DNA from: Takakia lepidozioides
Taxonomy: Eukaryota > Plantae > Bryophyta
Assembly: GCA_030704615.1 (NCBI GenBank)
Contig: CM060733.1
Span: 45,942,001 to 46,006,000, forward strand
Length of the DNA stretch: 64,000 bases
Direction: 5' to 3'
Part shown: in pieces, positions 1-11,900 of the stretch
Layout of the letters: each line of letters opens with the position of its first letter
Numbering within the stretch: position 1 is the stretch's first letter
Position numbers and translations under genes: made by a program
The notes under the pieces: generated by a model
Seen by the model: the letters and a program-made list of their open reading frames with translations, nothing else
Database searches by the model: none
Told to the model about the DNA's origin: nothing

Positions 1-1239
1 ATATCGGAGGCGACAAAACCTCTCCAATTATGTTCTTGTGATCCTAACACGGAGCTTGGGGAAAGAGAAGAAGGGATAGAAAGACGACTTCGAGAAAACC
101 CATGAGTCACCAACACTAACAAACACACTTGCTATCAAAAGCCTCGCTCATGCTTTTTGCTATTCTGGCACATGAACCTTCTTTGCTAACCATTCACTTC
201 CCTTTTACTATTTCCAGCCGTGCTTTGTAAGTTAACTGTTTCTGTGGTTTGTGTAGTTTGTACACAGAAACCCTGAAACTGTGTGCGTGCCAAGTAAAAG
301 TTGGAGTGTTGGAATACACAGACCTTTGTCACAGACACAAGTCATTTGTTCTGGAGAACTGGGGAAGGCTTGCCTGCTGAGTGCCTCATGACCAAGCAAT
401 GGGAGTCAAACGTACACACAAAAAATTAGATGGAAGTAACTGACATGGTTTTCCCCAGACCTGCAAATGCAAAGTTGTCATGTTTCCTGACGTGGCCATG
501 CACAGCAAAGTTAGAGAAGCTTGTGAAATTTGCTTCTGCGCAGGTCTTGTTTGGTCCCTTGAGTCCTATGATGTACCTCCGGCTGAGCTCTAAATACTGT
601 ACTTGGTAACCCAACCTTGAACTCCAACATGCACAAACTGATGTCATGGTGAGGGAGTCTTGCGAATCCAACTCATGAAGAATCAAGCAATAACAGAATA
701 CCCCAATACAATCACTATGCAAACTAACTTGACTGCCATGGGATTAGATCTTGGTGAGATAAACGCTAGCTTTGACAACATTCATTAGAGTGAAGGGCTC
801 TCTTTGAAGTGGTACCATGAGAAACGTACAAACATGTCCAAATTCGAAAAACTTATGCACACGGAAGCTCAAATGAATCATGCTCATTCAAAATTGTAGT
901 CACTTTCATCTTCAAACTTCGAAGAAGCCCCACCATCCACACCACAATCAGAACAGCACTCTCATTTCCTACCCCTATCACCAGAGTCAGTCAGAATTCC
1001 CCCTTCACTAGCTATCTGCTCCAGTCACGAGCAATCATGGGCTGACTTTCCTCCTATGGGCTCTTGGAAGATTGATATAGGCTCCGTAACCGGCCCAACG
1101 AATCATGATTCCTGGTGCCAAATGAAATGCCTCAACAGTGCATCATAGCCAGTATTTCAGGATCAATGGTGGATAAACGAAGTAGATACGCACGTCATGA
1201 AGCAATACACAGCTTGCACCTTTCCAGAAAAAAATAGTT

Positions 1240-3010
1240 TCACCAATAGTCCCCATAAGAACAACACCATCTTCGAAGTGATGAAAGTGGTTGGCATCCC
1301 GTACCACAATTGCTCGGCCAACAATCTTTGAGATGAACTTGGTGGCTGTGTGGCAGTCACCACACACCGGGCGAAGATTCTTGATCAGATGCGTCCCAAG
1401 GGCCGTGCTGATCAGCCCAAAACCAATGGCAGAAAGAAAACCACAGTGAATTCACTGTGGTGGCAGAGAGAAAATTCCTTTTGCGCCTCCCCCACATCAT
1501 ACCCTGCCTTCTTCATCTGCCCAGACAATTGTCTCAGCTCAGCATGGATTTCCCCAATTTTGGGATGCAATTTGTCATCGACAACAAAGGTGTGCACCCT
1601 GTTGCCAACCTCAATGCAGCAGCGACCTGGCTCCCTTCTAACCCCTCTGACTTTCATCATTTTTCACATCTTTGCAGTATCATCCCACCTGCCAGCTGCG
1701 GCATAGATGTTTGATAGCAACACATAAGTCGCAACATCCTGTTCATCCCACTTGAGAATAGATGTTGCCGCAGGTTCAGCCATCTCCACGGTGCCATGGA
1801 TACTGCAGGCACCAAGCAAGGCCTTCCACACCATAGCATCTGGTTTGATTGGCATTGAATTAATAAGGTTCTCTGCCTCATCCAAATGCCCCGCACGTCC
1901 AAGAACATGCAGCCAAAGTGCTTTACTGTCAGAGTGACACCATGATCTTGACTCAGGGAATTAAAGTAGCGTTTTCCCACATCCAGTAGGCCAACATGGC
2001 TGCATGCAGAGAGAACACATATGAAGGTGATACTATCTGGCATCAAGCCTTCCGTTTGCATTCCTTCAAATAGTTGCAGTGCCTCTCTATGACAGCCATG
2101 CTGGACGTCTCCTGAGATCATTGCGCTCCAGGAAATCACACTTCGTTCAGCCATATTGTTGAATAATACCTTGGCATCCTCAATGCTGCCGCATTTGGCA
2201 TACATGTCCACCAGGGCAATATTCAGAATGACATCTGGTACAATTCCTTCTTTGATGATGTCTCCATGGACCTCTTTGCCCTTTTCCAGGGCTGCCAGGC
2301 TTGCGCAGGCATTGCAAACACAAATGAACATAACCCGGTTTGGCTTCACCCATTCCCCCCTCATTTGCTCGTATATCTGCAAAGCCTCCATCCCACAACC
2401 ATGCTGGGCGTATCCTGCAATCATCGCATTCCAGGACACCACATCTCGTTCAGCCATGTTGTCAAACACTCCCTTTGCATTCTCAATACTGCCGCATTTG
2501 GCATACATGTCCACCAGGCCAGTGCTCAGAATAACATCTGGTACGGTTCCCGCTTTGATGATGTCACCATGGACCTCTTTGCCCTTTTCCAGCACTCCCA
2601 GGCTCGCACATGCATTGCAAACACAAACGAAAGGTTGGGCTTCAGACCTTCCCCTATCATTTGCTCATATGTCTCCAAGGCATTCTTACCACACACATGC
2701 TTGTTAAATCCTGCCATAATGTTCCACATGATCAAACTGCGTTCAGGCATTTTATGGAACACTTTGTGTGCATCCACAACTTAACATACATGTTTACAAG
2801 GGTGTTGTATAGGCAACGGTTGGCTTGAATGCACCCTGGATAATGTGAGTGTGCACCTGCTTTCCGGATTCCAGGCTTTTCATCTTGATGCACTCATGCA
2901 AGAGACAGACATAAGTATCTGAATCTGCTGAAATGCTTCCTTGGCTTCAATTCTGAAGAGCCTCTTTCAGTTGCCCTGCCTCACATAACATCCTCACATG
3001 CCCAGAAGTC
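1240..3010 (-). pseudogene. PLS-class PPR protein with E/E+/DYW domain (organellar C-to-U editing factor type), disrupted
   Basis: ORFs 2526-2777, 1657-2595, 1664-1885, 1412-1660 and 1143-1367 join across frameshifts. They give PLS repeats (LVDMYAKCGSIE..VSWNAMIAGY), an E domain (WKALLGACSIHG..YVLLSNIYAAAGRWDD), CHHSE and [34 protein letters not shown] shifted frame ends CSYGDYW-stop at 1240. Several frameshifts and stops; the 5' end is cut at about 3010. Confidence 0.93.
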
Positions 3011-3018
3011 CCAGAAGG

Positions 3019-4599
3019 AAGACAACAACCCAAATGAAAAAAATCTTGCAGAAAATTCACCTGGACAATATCAACCTGATGCTTCAGGCACATTGTCCAC
3101 AGCAACCTCACATGCATTGGGCATTTGTCATACACTATTGTGTGAAGGCATATTTAACAAGCTGCCAAATGCAGTCGAAAGGAAGTGTAGAAAATGATAT
3201 CTACAGACAAAAATTGAGTATTTCTCATTACACCAGTTGTGAGAAGGCATATTTGACAAGCTGCCAAGTGCAGTCGCAAGGAGGTCTAGACAAGGATATC
3301 TACATACAGAGATTGAGGATATCAGAACCGAATTACAGCCCTCTACATAGTACCTGCAATGTGTAGCAGATTCTCCAGTTTCTCATCCTGACAGTAGTTG
3401 CTTTTAGCTCACCAAAAATCCGAATTCAAAGAAAGATCGGCATGTATAATTGTAGTATACAATTATATATATAATTTCATGATGTATGAAATTATATCTG
3501 ATATCTTCCATGTACTTACATGGAATAACAGCCAGCTCATGCTGCTGAGGATCCTTCTACAGAAAAGTTTGCACAGGAGGATTACGACATGTGAAAAGGT
3601 ATGTTTGTCCCTGCACAGTTTTCCAGTCTCAAGAAATGTGTATCTGTAAGGAACTAGACTTTGACGAAATCCTCAAACTTGGCCATCTGCTCTGCCTCCA
3701 ATGCAATAATGATGTGAAGGCCCTTGTCTTGGGCACCATTGGCAAGGATGAGGACAAAGTCTACCACTGTCAAACAAGGGGGACCTGCATAGAGGGGCCT
3801 TCCCCACCCAAAATCAATGGAGTGGAATGACATTCTAGACCAAGATGAGATGAAAATGCACCAGGAAGTGCGGGGAACCCGCGGTAGACCTCCCACCAGT
3901 CAAGACCTGATATCACATAATCGTCTGTTATTGTTGCAATTGCATCTTGGACTTTTTCCACACAAAAGCAGAGAGATTTCTCACAAAGCTCCTGGACTGT
4001 CGCCCTGGCACATGCTGACCACGTGGCATTTCCACAGAAATGTTCTGGCAAATTGGGGATCAAACGCTTTCAAATGTCAACAGAAAATAGCAAGTTTGAG
4101 GGTCCAGTTGGGCCAGGATGTACGACAATTGACTTGGTTCGAGCTTGCCACAAGTGGGCAGAGAGTGCCTCAAAGGTGCTGCACTTCCGTAAACTCCCAT
4201 CTCCTGCAAGCGCTTTCTTCTTCAGGACTTCAAGGTCTTCAATTGAGAAGTTGAAAACTCTGGTCACATGGCTCCTTGGAGTAGTAAGGGTGGTGAAATC
4301 TTCGTCTCTGAAAGCACCACTTTCCATCTGCAGGTTACTCAGTTTGAAGAACTCAGGGTGGTCATAGACAGGGGTGGGTGGAGAGCGTGCTTTCAACATA
4401 GTTCGGTCAGGCTGGGGAACCAAAACCAGCTCCCCACCTTTTGCAGATGATGTCAAGTTGGTGAGGAAATCAATAGCTCCAGGGCCATCCCACAACAAAT
4501 GGCTCATTCCAAATGGCTCATGACCTGTCCCAGGATCCCAAATGTTCAAAGTCTTCTCAATGTGCATACAAGGGGTAGGACATGCCATCCAGTTGACAG
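3019..4599 (-). repeat. Inverted segmental copy of 23298-24884 (end of BAHD intron 2, exon 3 and 3' flank)
   Basis: Near-identical reverse complement: CTGTCAACTGGATGGCATG at 23298 matches 4599 reading leftwards, and GGGTTGTTGTCTT at about 24884 matches 3019. The same ORF translations appear at both loci (e.g. 3591-3830 vs 24093-24332). Confidence 0.97.
3654..4527 (-). pseudogene. BAHD acyltransferase exon-3 pseudogene fragment
   Basis: HLLWD and DFGWG motifs are present. Exons 1-2 are absent, most of VTRFKCGGFTVG is deleted, there is a CGA>TGA stop at 4070-4072 and a 1-nt deletion in a T-run near 3856. Confidence 0.93.
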
Positions 4600-4600
4600 T

Positions 4601-6559
4601 GTGTCTGGTACGTACCCAGCCTCCTTCAATTAGCCCAACAGTCTCATGAGCTCGGCATGGATTTCCTAAATTTGTGGATGCACTTTGTCCCCTACCACGA
4701 ATGTATGTACCCAGTTATCCACCTCAACGCAGCTGCGCCCTGCCTCCTTTCTGACACCTCTTTCCTCCATCATTATTCTCAAATTTGCTGTATCATCCCA
4801 CCCTGCCAGCCGCAGCATAGATGTTCGATAGCAGCACGTAAGTTGCACCGTCATGTGGATTGCACTTGAGACGGCATTTCGCCGCACGTTCTGCTAGCTG
4901 CACATCACCATGAACTCCGCAAGCTGCAAGTAAAGCACCCCAGACCGAAGCATCTGGTTCAATTGGCATTCTGTTAATGAGGTCCTCTGCTTCTTCCAAT
5001 CGCCCTGCACGGCCAAGAAGGTCCACCATGCATCCAAAATGCTCCATTGTTGGGTAGAGCCCATGATCTCGACTCATGGAATCAAAGTAGTGACAGCCTT
5101 CATCCACTAGGCCAACATGGCTACATGCAGACAGGAGAGATATGAAGGTGACACCGTTAGGCTTCAAGCCTTCATGTTGCATTTGCTCAAATAGCTTCAA
5201 GGCCTCCTTACCCCACCCATGCTGACCACATCCTGTGATCATCGCACTCCATGAGACCACATCCCGTTTAGACATTTTGTCAAACACTTGACGCGCATCC
5301 TTCATGCTCCCACATTTGGCATACATGTTGACAAGGCTATTCTCCAGGAAAATATTGCACACAATTAAACTTTTGCCAATGTCAGCATGGACCTCTTTAC
5401 CCTTTTCCAGGTCTCCCAGGCTCGCAGATGCATTGAGAAGGCAAATGAATGTGACGTCGTCCGGGGTTACCCCTTCCTGTATCATGTGCTCATACATCTC
5501 AAAAGCCACCCTACCACACCCATACTGACTGTACCCTGATATCATTGCACTCCATGAGACAGCATCTCGATATGACATACCATCAAACACCTGACGTGCA
5601 TCCTTCATGCTCCCGCATTTGGCATACATATCGACAAGGGCATTCTCCAAATTAATATATGGCGCAATTCGAGCTTTGATAATGTCAGCATGGACCTCTT
5701 TGCCCTTTTTGAGGGCTGACAGGCTGGCACATGCATTCAGAACGTAAATGAACACGATTCTGTCGGGCTTCACCCCTTGCCGTGTCATTTGCTCATAGAT
5801 CTCCAAAGCCTCCCTACCGCACCCATGCTGAGCATATCCTGCGATCATCGCACTCCATGAGACAACATCTCGTTCAGCCATGCTGTCAAATACCTGACAT
5901 GCATCCTTCATGCTGCCACATTTGGCATACATGTCAAAGAGGGCAGTTTCAAGAATAATATCTGGCAAAATTCCAGCACTGATAATATCAGCATGGACTT
6001 CTTTGCCCTTCTCCACAGTTCCTAGGCTGGCACATGCCCTGAGAACACAGAGGAAAGTGACCCTGCTGGGGGTCATGCCATTCCGTATCATTTGCTCATA
6101 GATCTCCAAAGCCTCCCTACCACACCCATGCTTCGCATATCCTCCCATCATCATAGTCCATGTAAATACATCTCGTTCAGGCATTTTGTCGAATACACGC
6201 CGTGCATCCACCACAGTGCCGCACTTCGCATGCATGTTGATAAGGGTGTTGAGTAGGAAAACGCTTGGCTTGAATCCACTTTGGATAATGTGGGCCTGAA
6301 CCTGCTTTCCTGTTTCTATGTCTTTAGTTTTGATGCACTCCTGCAAGAAACAGATATAAGTATTGGAGTCTACCGAAATGCCATGTTGGTTCAAAATGTG
6401 CAGTGCCTCTTTCAGTTGTCCGCGCTTACATAGTGTCCTTACATCCATACAGGTTTCAGGGGAGTTCTGGTTGACTCCCCCTATTGATCCCCTTTTAGAA
6501 GGAATGGGGAGAGTGGAGGTGCATGATTCAACCAACCGTGCCTCTTTTAACCTTGCCAT
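4601..6559 (-). pseudogene. PLS-class PPR gene with intact repeat array, frameshifted E domain and truncated DYW
   Basis: 588-aa ORF 4793-6559 of regular P-L-S triplets. An extra G near 4803 shifts AAAGRWDD. The E/E+ frame continues ..HPQI*EIHAELMRLLG*LKEAGYVPDT and stops abruptly at the duplicated segment. A truncated PLS-only product cannot be excluded. Confidence 0.88.
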
Positions 6560-6730
6560 CCTGCATGAGTAAAAGATCTTAGTTATGAAGATTTACAGTC
6601 AAAACTCCCATATCTCAAATATCCTAAATACTTCAACGAAAGATCCAAGAGGCCAGGCTTGTTGCTAGAACGTTACCATAGTTACATGAATACTATTACA
6701 GTCATCTCCTTTGAGAATAACCTGTCCGAA

Positions 6731-7620
6731 TTATATCTCTTGAGCTGAAACCCTTAAACCATCATCAAAACTATACCCGCTGCATTCTTGGCCTGGAGCA
6801 GCATAGTGTACATAAACATTAGAAGGATCACCAGATTGTGCTCGACCTTGTTTCATGGCTGCTTTGACCCAAGGAGGGTTGAACCAATCCGCAATCCAAA
6901 AGACCTCATTTGTGCGCTTACATCTGAGATTTGGTGATCCTGGACTTTTCTGTGAACCAGGAGCAGGCGGCTGAGCAGCCATAGCTAAAACCACCATCTT
7001 GCATAGGCTACAACCACCAAAGCTCAAAGATTTTTTTTATAATGGGGAACACCCTCATGATTGCAACAGCAATGACCACCATTGCTGGGCTTTCATAAGA
7101 AAGAGCATGTTAGGAATTAAAGGAAGTAACTGGATATGCAATCCAATCCATGGACATGATCATGTCTACCAAAGTCATTCGCCTCCTTAATTCACATCCA
7201 AAATGTAGATAGCCACACCTTATCAGACCTGCTGTCCCACTCTCTGAAGAATCTGAGAAGAACTCCTGCCAGTTCACCTCTGTGCTCCCTGTTTGACCTG
7301 TGCGCAAGATAGATGAACATAAGAACTATGATTACCTCCACTTTAAAGTCCTTGTGCTGAAATGTAGATTTTTACCACCACGCATTCAACCTGGGTCTTA
7401 CCAAGGAGGGTCAGTGGAGGGATTTTCAAAATCAACTTTTCCATGCCCCTGCCTTTCTCTCGCACAGTGTGACTCAGCATGCAAACCACAGTAATATGTG
7501 GCTATCTGTGTCAGACATGGTGCTAGAGCAACAGTGCGGGAATCATCAGTGTTTTCTGTCATGATGACTACATCAGCCCTTCACCATTACTCCATTCTCT
7601 GTAGCCTGATTACCATTGGA
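6731..7620 (-). pseudogene. Possible decayed multi-exon gene of unknown family
   Basis: Protein-like minus-strand segments: HAESHCARERQGHGKVDFENPSTDPPW*, then an AG/GT-bounded 79-nt exon at 7219-7297 (SNREHRGELAGVLLRFFREWDSRSDK), then FWIADWFNPPWV..VYVHYAAPGQE. In-frame stops and an implausibly short 38-nt intron. Confidence 0.3.
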
Positions 7621-8925
7621 TGTGAAAGAGCCCTGTAGAAGTTGCAGGTCGATTTTCCATATTCTGGTGGATTAGAAACCCCACAAAACTACAATGGCTT
7701 GGGAGGGCTGGTATTCACAGAGGATCATGGATCAAGGGTTTGTCGCAGCCGCTGGGAGACACAGGGGACGGCTCATGAGTACATCTTTCTGCACTTCATC
7801 CATCTGTCAGTGTGACCGGCAACTGACGGTCTGCAATACTTGAGAGCAGCCTTAACAATTTGTGTCATCTATGGTAATCAGCCTTCTACATTAAGGAAGA
7901 AAGGGGAAAGGAAACTCTAAAAATGAGCTCAAAATAGCTTGCATCTTGCAGCAGAATCCCTGTGTGCTATGAGATGCTGACAAATTCTTTACCCTGAGGA
8001 CAAAGCTGGTGGGTACTTGCCCTAAGACAATTCAAGTTTTTAACAGGCACCTGACTGTGGTTATGGAAGGAGGAGAGGGTGTCAATTACACTCCCATGTA
8101 AGCATGAAGGGAATTTCTTCCACCACCATATCGTTTCCCAAAAAATCTTAGAGGACCAAAATTGTACGTAAAGGATTACATATAATACCTTTTTTATGGA
8201 TTTCTGGAAGCTTGGGAGGCGTCACAGCCATTGCACGCAAGGGGCTAAGGCCTGGCATTGCCAAGCTGCATACCAATTTCAGCTCCACAACCTGGCCCGT
8301 TGCTCTGTTCCATGCTACGACGCCTTCCAACCGTTCACCGTAAGGAGAAGACAGGGCCCTCGGTATATCCTCCCTACACGCGGCCAGGACGACGGCGCAG
8401 CACGCTGCCATCCCTGTGCCTGTCAGAGAGGGAGAAAGAATATTATCAAAGTATATAGCTCAAAGCGTTCAGATGGAATCATATACCTTCCATACAGAGG
8501 AACATCATAAAATGGGAAGGAGAAAGAAGAAATGAATCCAAGGGGTCAGTGGAAACATTTCACTAACTCTGGATAGTTGTCTAGAGCCAGAACTGTTTTT
8601 ACTTGGAAGAAAAAAGGGAGGCCAGATGGGCTTGAGAAGATACTCAAAAATTCAAAATTGTCTTCATATGCAAGAGAAGGATGATTCGCCTTGCATAAGG
8701 CTCTGCTGTGGAGAAAGGACATTGAGCCGTGAGTTCCATTCCTTACCTGGGCTAGGGGCACTTCCTAAAGTGCGTTTGGGGGCCGGATTTGCAATGCAAG
8801 TGTTGAGCTCTCTAGGGGCAAGTCCCTGGCAGACTCCATCGCTGCGTCTGTAGTCGATAACACAGTAGGCAATCAAGGATGGGAGTCACAAACCCAGCTT
8901 TAGAATTTATTGCAGATTGCAGAAC

Positions 8926-11900
8926 TTTTCTTTTCCTTTTTTCTTTTTTTTTTATAGAAAGGGGATGGAGGCCCTTTTCATCAAATTAATAAAGGATAGA
9001 GACATCACTGTTTTTTGGGGCCGTGAAGGCTGACTGTGGGGGAACTTCCCCTGGACTCTAGCAAACCAGCTAGCTGAGCGAAGCGAGAGAAGCAGTAGAG
9101 GCAGGGGACTAAGGGGATGCACTGTAGGATAGAAAGGAGATGTGTAGACAGGATTTAGCAAGGAGATTGCTGCCAGTGAGGGCCGAAGCCACTTAAGAGG
9201 GGTTTTAAGCGGCCAAGAAGAGCTGTAGGTCAACGAGTGTGAGCAGCATGAGCAGCAGAAGGCCTGGCAGGCGGTAGGATTGAAGCTAGAACTTCAAGTG
9301 TGTTTTGGACTTTGCATCTCTGGTTCTCTTGTGTCGCCAGTTGAAGTCTAACTCCTCCCCTTCACCAAGAGACTTCCCATTGAGCTGGTACGGAATCTTG
9401 CCATTGAAAATGTGAGTTGGGTAGACTAGTTCCGAGCATGTTGCTTTTACCCCAAGTATTGAGGAAATTTTTGAGCAGCTTCCTCCCCCGTTGCTCTGAA
9501 GTTCTGGGAATAGCTGCACAAACAAACCCCCATGCTTTCCTCCCCCCAATAAGCAGATCAAAATAAGTTTGAAAGAGAATTGGTCTGCCCCTAGGGGGCT
9601 TTCCCTCATACACCCATGCACATCTTGCTTTCCACAAATTCCATAATGTATGTGCTCTAAGGGTGACCCAGACAGGGCAAGTTCTTTGCGGATGGCCAGG
9701 CAAGCAATTTAAAAGCAGGAAGGAAGGGGACGAAGGAGCAGGGAAGGTGTTCCAGTGAGCGTAGAAGCCCAGAACCACCCGCCAAACCCTACTAGAGAGA
9801 GCACAGGAGGTCAGACAGTGTTCAATAGATTCTGGGTCCAATTGGCAGATAGGGCAGGATGGGGAATCATGGTCTGTTGTTTGTCTCACTGGCAGCACCC
9901 AATGTGCAAGCTTCCATAGAAAAGCCGAGATTCTCACCGCCCGATCTTTCCTCCAGATATCTTTCCAAATTGAGAGAAGTTGTATGTTCCTAGTCCACTT
10001 TGCCATAAAAGATCTGGCTGGATTTAGAATGGAGTATCCCATCTTTACTGTATAGGCAAAGAAGGGTGAGTGTTTATGGTCCATCCAACTCCATTCCCCC
10101 GGATCGAATTAGAGGTCTTCCAGGGGGGCAGATAGGAACCAGGAAACTGAAATGTGACAAGCCCATTGAATTTCTTGCCCTGGCAGGGGAAGTGGGTTGA
10201 CATTCCCTTGGTTGTCCATTACTCTTATGTGGTATATGTGTCCCTTATCCAACTCAATGGAACCACAGTATGCCAGAGAACCTTTGCAGTCAGCAATGAA
10301 GTGCAGCCCCGATGTCAATTCCTGCCGAAAAGACAACACCAAAATCTTTGTCTGTCAATTATCCTGGCGCGTGGCCATCCAAACAGGGGTGCAGCCAGGG
10401 TTGGTATCAGCCAGCAGGGGAGTCATATACTGTGGAATGTTGGCAAGAATTGTGTTCCAGGCTCTAGCCCTTCTGCTGCCCACTATGTCTGTTATCTCAA
10501 CTTGTGACAGGAACTGACCTTGGTTCCTGATACTTGCGATATGGGTGAATCTTTGCCCCTCCCAAAAGGCCCAGGCAGGGGTTTAGTTTAGCAAGGCATC
10601 TGAATCTATGTTGCAATTGACAAACGAAGGTTGCCTTAGACATTCCGAAGTGGTTTTTGGCATTCTCAGAGTGAGATTCCCTCTCAAGGCCTGCCATGCC
10701 TTCCATATTGATTGCCATGGCCTGGAACCCAGTGTGCAATTTGCGTTCTTGCCTTGCACGACCCACCTAAAAGATAGAGCCCAGAGTGGGGATGTAGATG
10801 GGATAGCACCCATGAGATAAGGCTGCACAAATTTGCTCCAGAGGCTATGTCTGTGCTTGATTGCCCTTGGAACCCATTTTGCCAGAAGGGCCTTTATTTG
10901 CTTGCCCGGATCTATGATGCCCAATCCTCCTCTCTTTTTCTTTTGACATAATTGATCCCATGAGACAAGGGCTTTTCTGATCGGGGTTGTTGGCGACGCT
11001 CCCCAGAGGAAGTTTCGTAGAAGAGCTTTGATTTCCTTGGTCATCCTCTTTTCAGGGTCCCACACCGCTGCAAAAAACCATAAGGATCCCTCAAGCACCT
11101 GGTTCACCACAAGGGCACGCCCTGTGATTGAAAGCATTGTTGCGCACCAGAAAGCTAAACTTCGCTTGAGTCTGGAGATGACTTCTCTCATTGTGCTTTC
11201 CTGGGTGAGGTTTAGGCCCATTTGATGTCCCAACAGAGTGTGAGATTCTCCTTCTTGTAACCATCTCAGACCTACATCATCCCCCCAAGCCTGGCAATGT
11301 TGAGCTGTACTACCATTTTGCATCATTGAAAGAATGCCCACTGACTTCCTCCAATTCACCTTGAGGCCCGACGCTAGACAAAAAGTGTGTAGAGCCTGTA
11401 GAACTCTGTCAATATTGTGTCTATACGTGTTGTCCAGCAGCAAGACGGTGTCATCGGCATACATACAAAGCTTCAACATTTCTTCATGCTGGGTGAATGT
11501 AGGGTTGACTGGACCAAAATGGACGTTACCAGCACAGTTTTAGATGACTGCAATTGATGGTGTCATCAATTGAAATTGAATTAACTCATTAAAACCAGCA
11601 AATATATATATGTCATTGGATTCCTAGCTTCAATACGCACCCATAGCAATTCTCCAATCATGAATCCGATAAGAAATGACTCCACTATGGACTTTTGAAC
11701 ACCGTCATTGTGGACTGTTACCGCAATGAATGGAATTACAATGGACTCAAATTCTCTTATGTGTCATTAATGAATTCCATTGAAATTTGGACATAAGGTG
11801 ACCATTTTGGTCCATATCATAGGTATGGATTTGAAGTGATAAAATCATTTGTCATTTGACTCATATGGACTAATATATGTAAAACAAATGGGCGTTTTTT

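Noticed and set aside
1-1130. Possible LTR/gag-like start at the window edge
   Set aside because: No PBS, paired LTR or recognisable domain could be confirmed.
1240-1470. U-to-C (DYW:KP/GRP-type) editing domain
   Set aside because: The remnant shows HHSE, CGDCH and a GDYW end, which is the canonical C-to-U type.
2156-2784. Long plus-strand ORFs (183 and 172 aa) and similar antisense ORFs over the PPR, BAHD, L1 and ATXR7 regions
   Set aside because: They are shadow frames of real coding sequence on the other strand or frame, with no independent motifs.
4620-4670. Stop codons repaired by U-to-C RNA editing
   Set aside because: Such editing acts on organellar transcripts. This is nuclear DNA with accompanying frameshifts, and C>T decay is seen in neighbouring TEs as well.
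8148-8411. LRR N-cap-like peptide LEGVVAWNRATGQVVELKL
   Set aside because: It is a short isolated resemblance with the cysteines missing and no LRRs following; too weak to call.
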